A stretch of 64,000 bases of DNA from Octopus sinensis (GCF_006345805.1 NC_043011.1:58540464-58604463); one strand, 5' to 3'; shown: positions 38,465 through 52,214, numbered from the stretch's first letter. A program made the numbers and translations. The notes: generated by a model from the sequence alone, not told the origin.

Positions 38465-39189
38465 AACCCATTGTTGGTGTTGTGGATATTGTTCGTGCTA
38501 TATTGTTCTACAACACCATTTGGAAAACAAACAAAAAAATACTTCTTAAGTTCTACAGTAATTATTATAATTATTATTCTGTAGAATTATCCTGATTTTT
38601 TACTTTAGAAAGAAGACTATTTTATTCATGACTTATAAATTTCTGTCTCTTCAATACCAGAAATTAAATTAGAATCACAGGTAATAAAATAACAGCAGGA
38701 ATTTTGGTGGCAAAAGTCCATTTGTTTCATTTGCTCTTTCGCCTTTTATTTGTTTGAAGTAAACAATTAAATAAAAGTTTAAAGCAATAAATAAAAATAA
38801 ATAAATAAGATGTTTCATTATTAACTAAAACCATTCATTTTTCTGAATTCAATCTTTCAAAGAATAAAAGCGCAATAATGATGTGACACATATCCAATAG
38901 TTAATCGGATCTTTGGAAGAACTGTAAAATTAATTACTTTCTAACGTCTTCGGAACAAATATTTGTCTATTTTGATGCTTTTTTTTATTTGCGTGTAACA
39001 AGAACACATATACTCCATTGAACTATTCAGAAGTGCATGTGGAGAAGACCTTGCTAAGTAAGGCAACCCAAAGGTCTTACACTATATGTGAGTGTATATA
39101 CATCGATATACATGCATAATATTATATACATATTTTATACATATATATATTATAAGTATATATATATATATGTGTGTATGTGTATGTGT

Positions 39190-39241
<52 letters not shown>

Positions 39242-39385
39242 TGTGTGTGTCTGTGCGTGCGTGTGTGTTTGTATCACCCTCTCAACATCGCATGACAGCC
39301 GATGCTGGTGCGTTTACATAACGATTCAGCAAAAGTGTCCAATAGAAAAAGTACTAGTCTTACGAAGAACATGTCCTGGTGTCGA

Positions 39386-39980
39386 AAGAAAAATGGCAAC
39401 CCTATTCAAAACAAGATTTGTTTTTCTAGCTCGGAGCTGCGCAAACTAATAAGGAGAGTACAGGAGGCGGTCGAAAAAGCCAGCTTCTATTATATGGCTG
39501 AATCGAGAAGACCAAAAATGGCTTGAAAGTTATAAACATGCCGGCGGAAAATAATATCAGTAGGTGAGACAAGCTGACACTGAATTAGCTTCGGTCACTG
39601 ACAGGTGACGGTCGTTTAGAGATGCGTGGGCTAAGACTACGCGCCTTCATTGGTCAGTTAAAGTTGAGGCAGTGTCACGCGACAACTTGCTGGGGCTGCC
39701 TGCTGGAATCTTGCAGCAGATATTTTAAGGGAAAAAATTTTAACAATCCAGTAAGTCGCCCGCTGACAGTCGTTGACACTATATCGAATAGGCCAGGGAA
39801 CAGGAGAAAGAAGACATGCACCCAACACCAGAGCTGAAGACACCTCCGAAACGGGGGGGGCCCGCCATGTCAAAACGGTGGAGGAGTAGAGGCCGAATCC
39901 GGACGTGGCTCCTCCTGATGATGTCTTGAGCTAACTGGATCCTATAAAGGAGCTGTTGTGGTAGCAGACCACGAAACACG
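39386..39980 (+). mobile_element. 5'-truncated HERO-like (RLE) non-LTR retrotransposon: ORF end plus ~430-nt 3' UTR
   Basis: With two frameshifts it reads RKMATLFKTRF-FSSSELRKLIRRVQEAVEKASFY-IWLNREDQKWLESYKHAGGK* (stop 39552-39554), matching the EAAEKASxWLWLxR C-terminal motif I associate with HERO elements. Confidence 0.65.
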
Positions 39981-39985
39981 GTTGA
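39872..39985 (+). ncRNA. Hammerhead-like fold in LINE 3' UTR
   Basis: GAGGAG(39881-86)/CTCCTC(39909-14) stem directly before CTGATGA(39915-21); long imperfect stem II; GAAAC at 39973-77. Confidence 0.45.
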
Positions 39986-40132
39986 AATTCCTGACTAAAG
40001 TCGGGGCGCCCCAGCATGGCCGCACTGAAGTGACTGAAAGGTATAAAAGAATGAGAGAACAGTAGAATGTATATGTATACAAATTCGCAAATGGCAGAGA
40101 AATAGTTTAATGAAAATTCCTTTTACAATAAC

Positions 40133-40338
40133 GAAAATTCAGTTTCACGACAAATTGTGTGGGAACTTAAAGACATGTAATTCAGGTGCAGGTACCAACC
40201 GTTTAACCTGAGAAATGTAATTCGTATTTTAAAGACGTTGGATAGCCTTTTCTTTTAAAATCAAACAAACGCAAATATAACATGAACTATTTTCACGTTT
40301 GTAAGTGACGAAACCATTTGTCGTGAAACTGTATTTTC
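40133..40338. repeat. 206-bp unit bounded by 23-bp inverted repeats (MITE-like)
   Basis: gaaaattcagtttcacgacaaat versus atttgtcgtgaaactgtattttc (22/23). Confidence 0.55.
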
Positions 40339-41168
40339 TTAGAATTAAATAAAACTTCTTGAAACACTCCTTGTTCTTTTCTCTTGTATCATAAATTCTA
40401 TATCTTTTGTAGAATAATACATTTAGGAGCTGTGTTTTTTAAGAGTGCTACCTTATTACTTGAATACATGTATGGTGACTTAAATATATATATGTAGCTC
40501 TATATTGATGTGCTTTTATATATATTTCATTTCAACAAATGAATTTTGGGTGTTAGGGAATACATTCAGCACATGTCTACAGTTGTTACAGCTTACCTAA
40601 ATTGCCGTAAGGTAGGATCACGCGGAGAGTCACGAAGTTTGAAGAATAAAAAATTTAAACAGCACAACAATATCTCTCCTTAGAATTTCCAATTGGCAGG
40701 TGAAAACTGTAACAGAATGTGAATTTTCTGCTAGAAGGTATAAACGCAGGTGCATACCATGTTACCTGAGAGTTGTAATTCGTATTTTTATAGATGTTAG
40801 TCAGCCTTGTTTTTACAACCAAAGAAACGCAAAATATAAGATGCTCATTATTAAATAACTAAGAAAATCCAAATAAAAAATTCTATTGGAATAATCGTAT
40901 TCTCAATAGCAAAATGTCATAAAAATCAAAAGAAAAGATTTTTCGTGTAATTATTTAATGAAATGTGAAAAAACACAAATTAAATCTTTTATGCATGCAA
41001 TTACCCTATTTCTAAGAATTATTTTTCTCTGATGATAATAATAAACCGAATAATAAAAGTAATCTTGTAGTTTTCTCCTATATTTTGCGGATAGCAATAC
41101 CCGACCTTGTGCTTAATAAGGAACTGTTTATTGTGTAATCGGAAATGCAGTTATAACACCTGAATATA

Positions 41169-41225
<57 letters not shown>

Positions 41226-41400
41226 ATATATATATATATATGTACACAGGAATATATGTGCTTGTATTATAAGGTTTATGCCTATATGTATACGTATACA
41301 TATATGCATACGAATTAACATATATACATGCACAAACACATACAAATTATGGACGAACATATATGTGTACACACACACACACACAAATACACACACACAT

Positions 41401-41437
<37 letters not shown>

Positions 41438-41758
41438 CTTATAGATAGATAGAAAGAAAGACAGACAGATACGTAGAGAGAGATTGATATTGATATAAAT
41501 ATAGATTCCATCTTTCACGAATAACCGTATTCCAGTTGATCCGATAAACGGAATATCTTGCTGCTGCCCATCCACCTGCTCACGACGATGATGATGACGG
41601 TGCTGCTGTTGCTAATGATACTGATGCTGCTGCTGATGTTGATGATGTTAATAAGGATGATGACACTGATGATGATGATGATGATGATGGTGATGGCGTT
41701 CGTGTTTGAGATGGTACTGGCGATGCATACGTATTGCCATTATTTGTTGATTGTGAAA

Positions 41759-41977
41759 GGTGCTGAGCTGGCAGTGTCGTTAGCACCGCCGGACGAAATG
41801 CTTAGCGTTATTTCGTCCGTTGCTACATTCTGTATTCAAATTCTGCCAAGGTCGAATTTGCCTTTCGTCATTTCCGGGTCGATAAAATAGGTACCAGTGA
41901 AACACTGGGTGTGTCATGTAATCAACTAATCCCCTTGCCCCCGAATTACACGCCTTGTGCCTTCAGTAAAAAGGATT
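41759..41977 (+). mobile_element. Older SINE family A copy (tail-2-like)
   Basis: Head, core and ccttgtgcct tail recognisable. Confidence 0.82.
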
Positions 41978-42392
41978 ATTTCTTGTCATTGAATGGAAGC
42001 TTTAACCGTCACCATCCATCGGTAAGTCCCAAAATATTGTAATAAAAATCTACTTACCTGATCTCTCGAAAATAACAGTCAAATGCCCCTCAGCGTGTCC
42101 CTTACTTACTTCAAGATAATGCACTGCTGAAAAACACCAAGTCCATAAATGAGACGAAATGAGCTCCAGTGGAACATTGGCTTCTACTTTTGATCGACCA
42201 TGAACCCTTTTAGTTTCAACAGCAACAGTTTCAACACCATTATCAAATACAAAATTATATCAACAACACCCACCTTGTTCGCCATCTTGTTATAATGGTT
42301 TCATTTACGCAGCAGCTTTTTGTGAATGAGTGAAATTTTCTGCTGCAGAAACAACATCTATTTCTGTAAATCGGTGACTGTAATAGTCGTGG

Positions 42393-43335
42393 TTTCTTCT
42401 TCTTCTTCTTCTTCTTCTTCTTCTTCTTCTCTTCTTTCTTCTTCTTCTTCTTCTCCTCCTCCTTCTTCGTTTTCTTCTTCTTCTTCTTCTTCTTCTTCTT
42501 TCTCCTTCTTCTTCTTCTTCTTCTTCCTCTTCTCCTTCTTCTCCTTCTTCTCCTTCTTCTCTCTCCTCCTTCTTCTTCTTCTTCTTTCTTCTTTCTTCTT
42601 CTTCTTCTTCTTCTTCTTCTTAATCGTCTTTTCTTCTTCTTCTTTTCTTCTATTTTCTTCTCTCTTCTTCTTCTTCCTTCTTTCTTCTTCTTCTTCTTAT
42701 TCTTCTTCTCCCCTTCTGCTTCTCTTTTTCTTCATCTTCTTCTCTTTTCTCTTCTTCTTCTCCTCCTCTTCTTCTTTTTCTTCATCTTCTTCTTTTTCTT
42801 CTTCTTCTTTTTCTCTCATCTTCTTCTTCTTTCTTCTTCTTCTTCTTCTTCTTCTCCTCCTCCTCTTCTTTTTCTTCATCTTCTTCTTCTTCTTCTTCTT
42901 CTCCTCCTCCTCTTCTTTTTTCTCTTCTTCTTCTTCTTCTTCTTCTTCTCCTCCTTCTTCGTTTTCTTCTTCTTCTTCTTCTTCTTTTTCATCTTCTCCT
43001 TCTTCTCCTTCTTCCTGTCCTCCTCCTTCTACTTCTTCTTCTCTTCTTCTTCTTCTTCTTCTCTTCTTCTTCTTCTTTCTTCTTCTTCATCTTCTTCCTC
43101 TTCTTCATCTTCTTCTTCTTCTTCTTCTTCTTTCTTCTCAATCTTCTTCTTCTTCCTCTTTTTCTTCATCTTCTTCTTCTTCTTCTTCTTCTTCTTTCTT
43201 CTTAATCTTCTTCTTCCTCTTCTTTCTTCATCTTCTTCTTCTTCTTCTTCTTCTCTTCTTCTTCTTCTTCTTTCTTCTTAATCTTCTTCTTCCTCTTCTT
43301 TTTCTTCATCTCTTCTTCTTCTTCTTCTTCTTCTT
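42393..43335. repeat. ~940-bp (TTC)n-rich polypyrimidine/polypurine tract
   Basis: Seen directly; almost no purines on the plus strand. Confidence 0.97.
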
Positions 43336-45360
43336 AGTAGTTGTATTAACAGATGTTGTTGGTGATAGAAGTGACCATGGTGGTGGTCATAATAGTGGTG
43401 ATGTTTATCGTGTTTGTGGTGGCAATAATAATGATACTTATAGTGTTGGCGATGAGGGTGTTAGTTAAGGTTGATGATAGCTTTGTTGTTTTATTCTTGC
43501 GTTTTAACCCCTGGTCAGTCTTGACGATGCAAACTTATGTATACACACGCTTCGTATGTTACAGGCCGATGGTTTTGTATAGCCCAATCTATATAATAAA
43601 AAGGTCAGGGTGTCTAAATATGCCATAAAAAAGCATATATGATATTTATATGATATTTAAAGTCGCCATTAAACTATGAATCATTACCAAGTCCTGACAT
43701 CTTTTCACAGTTGCCTTTACTTTACATTCAATAAATTCGAGAATATGCTGTAAGCTGCAATCATATAAACATTAACTTATATAAATATACAATAATTGCT
43801 TCTAAATAATCAAATATTATAGTCTTTCGAATTGATACTGCCTGTATGGTTCAAGTTAATGAAAATTATTTAAAAGATAACTTCATCGATTAATATACAG
43901 TGTAAGCTATAAAACATGATATAATTTGATACCGTTGGTTACTTTAAATGAAAGATAACTTATATTAATAAATACCTTATTATCCGAGATGTCTTACAAT
44001 TTTAAAACAAATTAAAGTCCGCCAATTAAATTGAGAATTAAATAAATATTTTATGTATTGGAGAGAAAATAATTACAAACTAAGAGGTAACATAAATAAA
44101 AATGATGTATAAAGACATTCATATATTGGAGAACGTATTAGGAGAGTAGAAATAGGATGTAGTAATTGATATTGGAAAATAGAAAGCATTGAAAAGAATC
44201 AGTGAAAATAAAGGAGTTACACGGCTTGGAGATTATTAATATTATTTTTGAGAATAAGGTGTTAATCATTTTCCTAATTGATTTTCAGATAATACCAACT
44301 GGGGAGGTAAATTGATAATATTTATTCAATATCTTAATTGAAAATAAAACATGAGTTATCAGCAAACTTTAGAGGAGAATTCTTATCAAATACCGGGTTC
44401 TGTTCTAAAAGAGATTATGAATTATCTTCCACTCTAAAGTGGTATTTAGAGAATTGTTAATGTATGTGTATATGTATATAGTTATCTCTGTAGATGTTAA
44501 TGTATCTCTCACTACATCATTCTCCTATGTACATCATTGAAAGATAAAAACATGCAAAGTTCTGGTGTCTTTTAGGTCTCTATCTTCCATTGTTTGAACT
44601 AAACAATAAACATGAGATAGCATCAGCATTTCAAGATACTTTCGATGTAGAGAATTTGCATTACAAGACGTTTTTGTAAAACAAAAAATTCCTTCAGGTT
44701 TTGCTTGATATGAATCAAATGTTTTTCATGATAGCTGGGTGAGCTAAAACGTTTTTGCCCTTTATCATTGTAAATCATATTCACGTATTTCAAATGCAGC
44801 TTATCGTATTTTGTGCACATGTTCCCCATATTTCTCACACGGCACCTAGTAAGTGGCCTCGTGGCTCCCACGTGTTTAATAACAGGAAACCACTTAACTT
44901 TTTATTTGTTACAAAAGAACAAAAAGGAAATCTCTAATGTGAAGATGTCCTGCATTATGTAAGAGGATCAACACAAGGTTTAAAAGATATTTCTATTTGT
45001 AAAATAGCATAGAAAGAAAGGGGCAACAATCAGCTGTCTGATAAGAATTTGTAGATAGATGAATCGCTCATTATTACTTTATGAGTAAGAACAAAATTGT
45101 ATGAGCCGTAGAAGAGTGAGTATGGATAGTATTTATGGAATAGTGATAAAGGCACCATGAAAAGGAGCAACAAGTCGACATTTAAAATGTTCTCCTTTGG
45201 AAGCAATCAGAGAGAGAAAAAAATTAGATGAACAATAATAATAAAAAAGGTGATACTACGCATTGTTACTTCAATCAATTGCGTTTTAAATTTGGGAATC
45301 TCAAAACAAAGTAAATTTCAAAGAGAATTAACATCAATATTCGAAGGAATTGTTTACGTA

Positions 45361-45918
45361 CACTTGCGTCGGAAATTAATTAGCACTTCTCAAATTTCTA
45401 CATTTTCTTACATTTTCTTAATTTAATTAACTTATTATCAGAAACGAACTCGTTTTTAATCAAAAGTTTAGTAAAACATATCCCAGCACACCACATAATT
45501 GTTATTAATCGTGAAATTTAGTCAATATCTTGTTGCACCTCCTTTGGCAGCAATGGCAGCTGCTACGCGGGTCGGCATGCTGTCTATGAGTGCCTGCATG
45601 AGGATGGCCCCTCATGCAGCAAGAAGTGCCCCAAACAGCTCGTGTCGGTTCCTGTATTGCTGCACATTCAAATCCCTACCCAATCGACTCCAGAGGTTCT
45701 CAATAGGGTTCAGGTCAGGTGACTGGCCAGCACGTACTCCTCGCCACCAAAGAGGTATCCCGTACTATCTCAACGTACTTTTCTGCGTTGATGTTGCCTT
45801 CGACGGCATAGAGCCGCCCAACACCACTGTAGCTGAACGCCCCTCACACCATCAGACCACCCCCACCATGCTTCATGGTGAGCAAATCAAGGGTACTAAT
45901 TAATTTCTGACGGTAGTG
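45361..45918 (-). mobile_element. Internally deleted Tc1-family transposon with both TIRs
   Basis: TA TSD; 26-bp TIRs cacttgcgtcggaaattaattagcac / cactaccgtcagaaattaattagtac. Minus strand reads TMKHGGGGLMV*GAFSYSGVGRL...QSPDLNPIENLW...IDSMPTRVAAAIAAKGGATRY*. Confidence 0.92.
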
Positions 45919-46304
45919 TATATTAAGTGTTCCATTCCAGTACGATAATTGTGGATGAGGATATGATATTTCTCGGGTATTTAAACTTTGAGGGTTAATA
46001 CACTATTTGCTCAACTATCGGTCATGTGTCTAAGGCCGAGAAACAAAACGCAGCAGTTATAATTCGAATTTCGCTCATAAAGTAGTGATCAGCACACCAC
46101 CAATTTAACGTCCGCTTAACACTAATTACATGCCTTAATGAGAAAAAATTAGTGGCAGGAGAACATAACCAGGGGGTTTTATGAGGAAAATGTAGTAAAA
46201 ATAGAAAATACTCAAAATACTAAGAATTCCAATGAATAAGCCGATAATTTGGGCTGCGTTTATGAACTAGTGGGTCCCATGGAAACCTCATGTTTTATAA
46301 AGGC

Positions 46305-46548
46305 CCAACCGCTAGGTTACGGAGACGTAAACAAACTGATACCCACTGTCAAGCGGTGGCGGGAGACAAACTGAAACACGTACATGTGTGTGTGTGTGTC
46401 GTAGACGAAGGTCGGTTTCTATCTGTTAAATCCACCCACAAGTCATATTCTCGAACCGAGACTATAAAAGAAAACACTTGCTGAAGGTACTACGAGGTGT
46501 GGATGAACCTTTAACCATATTCCTGAAAATCGTAATAGCACAACCACA
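46305..46548 (-). mobile_element. Old SINE family B copy
   Basis: aaccgctaggttacggagacgtaaacaaac...tgtcaagcggtg...aaatccacccacaag...aacacttg. Confidence 0.65.
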
Positions 46549-48584
46549 AAAAGACATTTAATGGTATTTTATATTACACATAGTTTGAGCACCATAGCCC
46601 ATTCGGATAAAGAGTTATTCTTTGCAGCGTTTTATCCGGATTTTGGTGGTTTATCTAGAATTCGTTGGAGATATTCATACATTATCTGTTCGAATGCTAT
46701 GCAGTCGTTTTCTTCACTAATGTGACTTGGCCTGACATTAAAGAGGGCAGGGTCAGTTGAGGTCGCGTAGTTCTGCCTTCGAGTTCTGATGTGACGCAAG
46801 CATGATTTTTGAATAGAACACAGGAACCAAACCGTGCCTGAAGTTTAAAATTAGGGCCAAGATCCTTTTCGCTATGCTATTGAAATATTTAATATATATG
46901 TATGTGTGTGTATGTGTGTGAGTTGTATGCGTGCAGTAGTGTGTGTGTATGTGTGTTTATGCAGAAGTACTTGAAATATGCTTAACCATTAGTTGAAAGG
47001 GAAGTTATCCCGGGGAAGGGCAGCAACAACAGCTACGTAGAGAGCAATGAGGAAGGTAAACGTTGCTGATAAACAACGGATCGTCCACTAGGGGAATCGG
47101 ACCTTTCGGTTTTCCTCAGTGAGCTTAAATACATATTGGCATACAAGTAGTTTACCCTCATCCAGGTGTGATGGCCCATGCCCAATCATTGCAGAAGTTA
47201 GATCTGAACTAGCTTCCTTGGTGACACTAATTCAGCTTTTACTTTGTCATTGCGTCACATTAGCAATATTTCAATCTTGCAATCAATACATCAGTAATAA
47301 CGCATCTCTCTAATATATATTAAGCTGTATTGCATCGTATTACATTGACCGATGCTATATTGTACTGTACTATTGTATTGTACAGAAATACAGACAGAAA
47401 CTGAAAAAGACTAAATTAATAAGTTCAAGCAATTCAGACCACACTGCCAATAACATATCTCAGAAATACCGACATATAATCAGAATTCTAATTGATAGTC
47501 TCCGCTTTATGCTGTAATCATCATGCATGCGTTATATAGAGTGAAAATGATGTCACAACAATAGATTCAAATGTAAAACTTAATGGCCTCAGTTCCAAAA
47601 TTTATTTTTGAGCGAACATTACAATAAGTAGAATTTGTGAAGAATGGAGTTAAAAGTATGAAAGATACGATATCGTTTGCATCTAAATTTAAAAATCAAC
47701 TTGTGTGAAACTCTGCTCTCTAATATTACACAATAGAAAGTTTTATTCTTTCTCTTTAGAAATTATTTTGTACTTAGTGAAGCGCACAGCGTGTGTGGAC
47801 CTCGCTGCTGTCATTCAGGAATTTAGTGTTCGAATTCAACGCTTGGTATTCGATTTTTATAGGGAAGCAAACAGTATAATGGAACTCCTGTAATTCCTTA
47901 TTTGTTTCTAAGTCGCAGAGGGATTAGGCTTCATCCTGTTTGTAAGTTATTAGTGGTAGGTAAAATAAGGGTAAATAAATGAGTGGAGGTGAGAGCTCTG
48001 GAACGGGTTTTAGGGGTAAAATTATGTCGAAAACCAGTACTGAAAACCGGCGAAAGAAAGGAGAAATGGAGAGTCAATGTGTCTTGAGGTGGTCTACGTT
48101 TTACAAACAATTATTCATGTTTGTTCTTAAATTTTGAAGGCAGTTCCTAATAAATATAAATGCAATATTCAAATTGTAAGTTTAAATTTGATCTTCATAA
48201 GTTTAACGAGAGATCGATGGTAAATTCTTATCGAATCCCGAAGACAGAGGAGAGTGTTTTAAACACTAACAATTCTAAGGGATCATAAGAAATTTCCAGA
48301 ATTTGTCTAAACTCATCGTGTGGTTTATCACTTGTTGGAGATTTGGAATTTGAATTCCTTGTTAACCAACATAAAATGCTGGCCAGGTATATTACTGATG
48401 TTCTTGATATATGCTGTGATGTTTTTTTGTTTGCTGTTGAAGGAGATTAAACAACGAAGTTAAGATAAGAAAATGTTTGTGTTTTTTGCGTAACAGATAT
48501 AAGGGATGTTTGAAGATAAAGGGTTTCGATAGTGTCAGCTTAACTCATATATGTAGGAGGTTAGATAGCAGCGGAGAGCAAAAT

Positions 48585-48755
48585 GAGTGGTTGTATGGTT
48601 TGAAGTTTGTGTCTTCCCGGCCATGTGGTTCCCGGTTCACTTACACTGGGAAATGTCGTTTACTAAAGCGCCAATGTGGCAAAGCTTTGTGAAAGTATTT
48701 GGTAGACGCAAAATGAAAGAAGCCTGTCTTATATATGTGTGTATGTATGTGTGTC
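48585..48755 (+). mobile_element. Old SINE family B head
   Basis: gagtggttgtatggtttgaag...ggtagacgcaaaatgaaagaagcctgtc. Confidence 0.65.
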
Positions 48756-48757
48756 GT

Positions 48758-48865
48758 AGGGTGACTCATTTTTACCAGCTGAGTGAACTGGAGCACCGTG
48801 AGATGAAGTAGTTTGCTCTAGTTCGACCTCAGGAATCGAACTAGACTCAGTATTGTTGCAAATGC
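48758..48865 (-). mobile_element. SINE family C fragment
   Basis: agctgagtgaactggagca...atgaagt...tttgctc shared with 21990-22030. Confidence 0.6.
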
Positions 48866-49763
48866 TGATATTATGTAACATCCAAGAAAAGATGAAGATG
48901 TAATGTGGCATAGAGAGCAAACGGCATGCGAAACATAATGGGAATAATACTTATCCGAATATTGTAGACGAATATGAAACGAGTAGACTACCTCTCTACC
49001 TTATTACCCTTCACTAATTGACAGTCACTGAAAGCCAATTGGAAAGTTTATCGATTATGAGAAAGACGTAACACACACATACACACGTACACACATGCAC
49101 ACATACACACGCATACGCACACACACATATTCACAGATGCACATACACACACATGTGCACACAAAAATTCGCATGCCCTGAGTTGAGGACAATACTTTCA
49201 GAAAAGATAAGTTTAAAAGCTACGTAACTGAACATCATGTGGTTCAACGTATATCCTCGCCAGAATTAAGGTCTTGGACTTTTGGCCTCAGATTATCCTT
49301 ATCAATCCGATTTATTATTGACTGCATCCCAACATAATGAATTTAGGATGGAATTATTTATATATATTATTTCCTACCTAAGACAGTAAAGTGTGATCGT
49401 GTTAAATTTCACTTCTACTTTTAGCCCGTCGAACATCTTCGTGGTTGGTCACTCGCGGGATTCATACACCTGATGCTGGTTGCTTTCGAATTTTTCCGAG
49501 TCATGTATAATCTTTGACCGAAACTTCTGAAGACGTGTCGTTACACGTTGTCATTCAAGTACTGTCGTCACATACTTTGTTGAAATAAGCAGTGAGATCT
49601 GATTTGTAGTGGATTTGCCTTGTATTTCTAGAAAAGGGCGGAAACATTTATATTAGCAAGCATTAGGCTGTACATAACCATGGTAGGTAGTGCGAACGTA
49701 TAATACAAGAAGCGTACTCGTATGCGTTCGCTCCTTACATCTGTTAGCCGTAAATGACACATA

Positions 49764-50173
49764 GGCGCAGGAGTGGCTGTGTGGTAAGTAGCTTGCTAAC
49801 CAACCACATGGTTGAGGGTTCAGTCCCACTGCGTGGCATCTTGGGCAAGTATCTTCTGCTATAGCCTCGGGCCGACCAATGCCTTGTGAGTGGATTTGGT
49901 AGACGGAAGCTGAAAGAAGCCTGTCGTATATATGTACGTATATATAAATGTGTGTGTATATGTTTGTGTGTCTGTGTTTGTCCCCCTAGCATTGCTTGAC
50001 AAACCGATGCTGGTGTGTTTACGTCCCCGTCACTTAGCGGTTCGGAAAAATAGACCGATACAATAAGTACTGGGCTTACAAAGAATAAGTCCCAGGGTCG
50101 ATTTGCTCGACTAAAGGCGGTGCTCCAGCATGGACGCAGTCAAATGACTGAAACAAGTAAAAGAGAGAAAGAG
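49764..50173 (+). mobile_element. SINE family B, full length
   Basis: Complete head with B-box-like gggttcagtccc, internal microsatellite and tail. Confidence 0.93.
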
Positions 50174-50956
50174 ATATGTAAACGTATATAAACATACCTC
50201 GGTGCCTTACATCTCACCACGAAATACGTATTGTCTTCTTCTAAGCAGTACCTACTTCATTTTCCTCTACCTAAATATATTATTACACTGGATCTATACT
50301 CATGTTACGACAGTTAGAACTGACATCCACTGCACTTAAACATAAAGCGCCCACCTCTTCTACAATCCAAGGCTTACTTCTATACACCATACGCAGACAT
50401 TGTCTACTTTCAGACAAAACTATATACACAATTCATTCAACATTTGAGAATAAACTTCACGTACTTTGGCTAATCGAAGGTAAAAATTAATTATTAATGT
50501 TGAGTAGATTGTGATTCAACTAGAGTTTTAGACTAATTAACAATTCTTCTGATAACAATTAGTTATGCAATGGAAGTTCAGCAAGAATGTTTATTAATCT
50601 AGAATGGACAAAATAGCTTCTGATTGGCATTATTCATTTAATAATTAAGCACGTGATCTATATGCACTTCAATAATATTGTGTGTTGTCTCCATCTATTT
50701 CAACTTTCATATCCACGCTAGACGTTTCTACGCGCTGACCTACGCATTTTAGCCACGAGGAAGATTCTACGTGATTGATTTTCATGTGATAAATTCCTGC
50801 TAATTTTCATTCAAGTCGTATCACATCCTGTTGAAGAATATTGCACTCCGGTGGATACAGAATCCATCCATAATTGCAACGTGGTTATGCCTAGAATAAC
50901 TTTGGTAACAGATACTCTCTACTTCATTGAAGGTTGGGTTAAATACCAACACCACC

Positions 50957-51402
50957 ATCATCATCTCACATCATCATCATAATCATCGTAATCATCATCC
51001 TCTCTTCATCTCATAATCATCATACCATCATCATCATATCATCATCATCATCATAATCATCATAATAATCAAATCTCCATCATACTATCATCATCATCAT
51101 CATCATCATCCTCATATCGTCATCATCGTCATCATATCATCATATCATCATCATCATCGTCATCATCATCATCCATCTCTCCCATCATCCATCCTCATCC
51201 ATCATCATCATCATCATCATCATAATACATCATACATCATCGTCATCATCTCATCATCGTCATCATCTCATCATCGCATCATCATCATCATCCTCATATC
51301 ATCATCATCATATCATCATCATCAGCCATCTCATCATCATCTCATCATCATCATCATCACCCCATCATCCATCATAATCATCATCATCATCATCATCATC
51401 AA

Positions 51403-51438
<36 letters not shown>

Positions 51439-51494
51439 ATCATCATCAATCATCATCATTCATCAATCGTTCATCATCGTCATCGTCATCATCG
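50957..51494. repeat. Degenerate (CAT)n microsatellite, about 540 bp
   Basis: Seen directly; many single-base indels. Confidence 0.95.
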
Positions 51495-52157
51495 TGAGTA
51501 GCAGTAGCAGAAGGAACAACAACACGATTCCAAACAATTTTACTTGGAGACAAATTATTACGTTAAGTATTTCTGAATATAAAATATACATTTTTTCAAT
51601 AGTAACCTTTTGTGATAAAATTAATAAAGCTATTTCATAAATGTTAGAACCTTTATTTAGCTTCTATAATTTTTATGTTTGTTCAAAATGGCAGCTGTCA
51701 GGAGGACTGACGGTTGTTGATAAGCCGTTTCCATTATACAGCGTACAATAGTTGATTTTGTAAAGAGTGAATTAAGATTCAGAATTTAATGTTATTTAAT
51801 CTAAAAATATTCAAATCTTATAAGTCAGATTTGATAGAGAATAAAATTTGAATATTACACATTATCAGGTTTATTATTTTTTTTCTGTAGCCTTTTTGTA
51901 TATCATAAATAGTTATATTTTCTACGTTTCGGCTTTGTCAAAAATATTCGATGCCATAATCTGCTTTCCTGACAGTTTCGAGGCTAGTTGTCGGCTGAGA
52001 TGAAAATAGATGTCATCTAAAAACCGGCCAAATGACGTAGATCGATCCTACACTACCCCCACAGACTTAGATCAATAGACATATTTACATAGAATCACAC
52101 ATACACATGCACACACATATACATTCATACAATACATACATATATTCTATTCTATAC

Positions 52158-52214
<57 letters not shown>

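Larger units (their letters stand above)
39265..40055 (+). mobile_element. SINE family B 3' half split by a LINE insertion
   Basis: SINE runs to ...tcctggtgtcga (39385) and resumes at about 39981-39988 (gttgaaattcctgactaaag...ccagcatggccgcac). Confidence 0.8.

Noticed and set aside
39834-39871. Second hammerhead (CTGAAGA-cacctcc-GAAAC...GTC) in the LINE 3' UTR
   Set aside because: There is no stem II between the core boxes, and the GAAA sits in a competing cctccg-aaa-cggggg hairpin.
42326-43468. 380-aa ORF, the longest in the track
   Set aside because: It is a translation of a stop-free (TTC)n tract giving S/F/L homopolymers, with no domain or splice evidence.
44100-44400. Possible Penelope GIY-YIG C-terminal remnant on the minus strand (similar hints at 23780-23990 and 48070-48420)
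   Set aside because: Only vague residue resemblance in very AT-rich DNA with stops; it needs a profile search.
45499-45903. 134-aa plus-strand ORF
   Set aside because: It is the antisense shadow of the broken Tc1 transposase on the minus strand.
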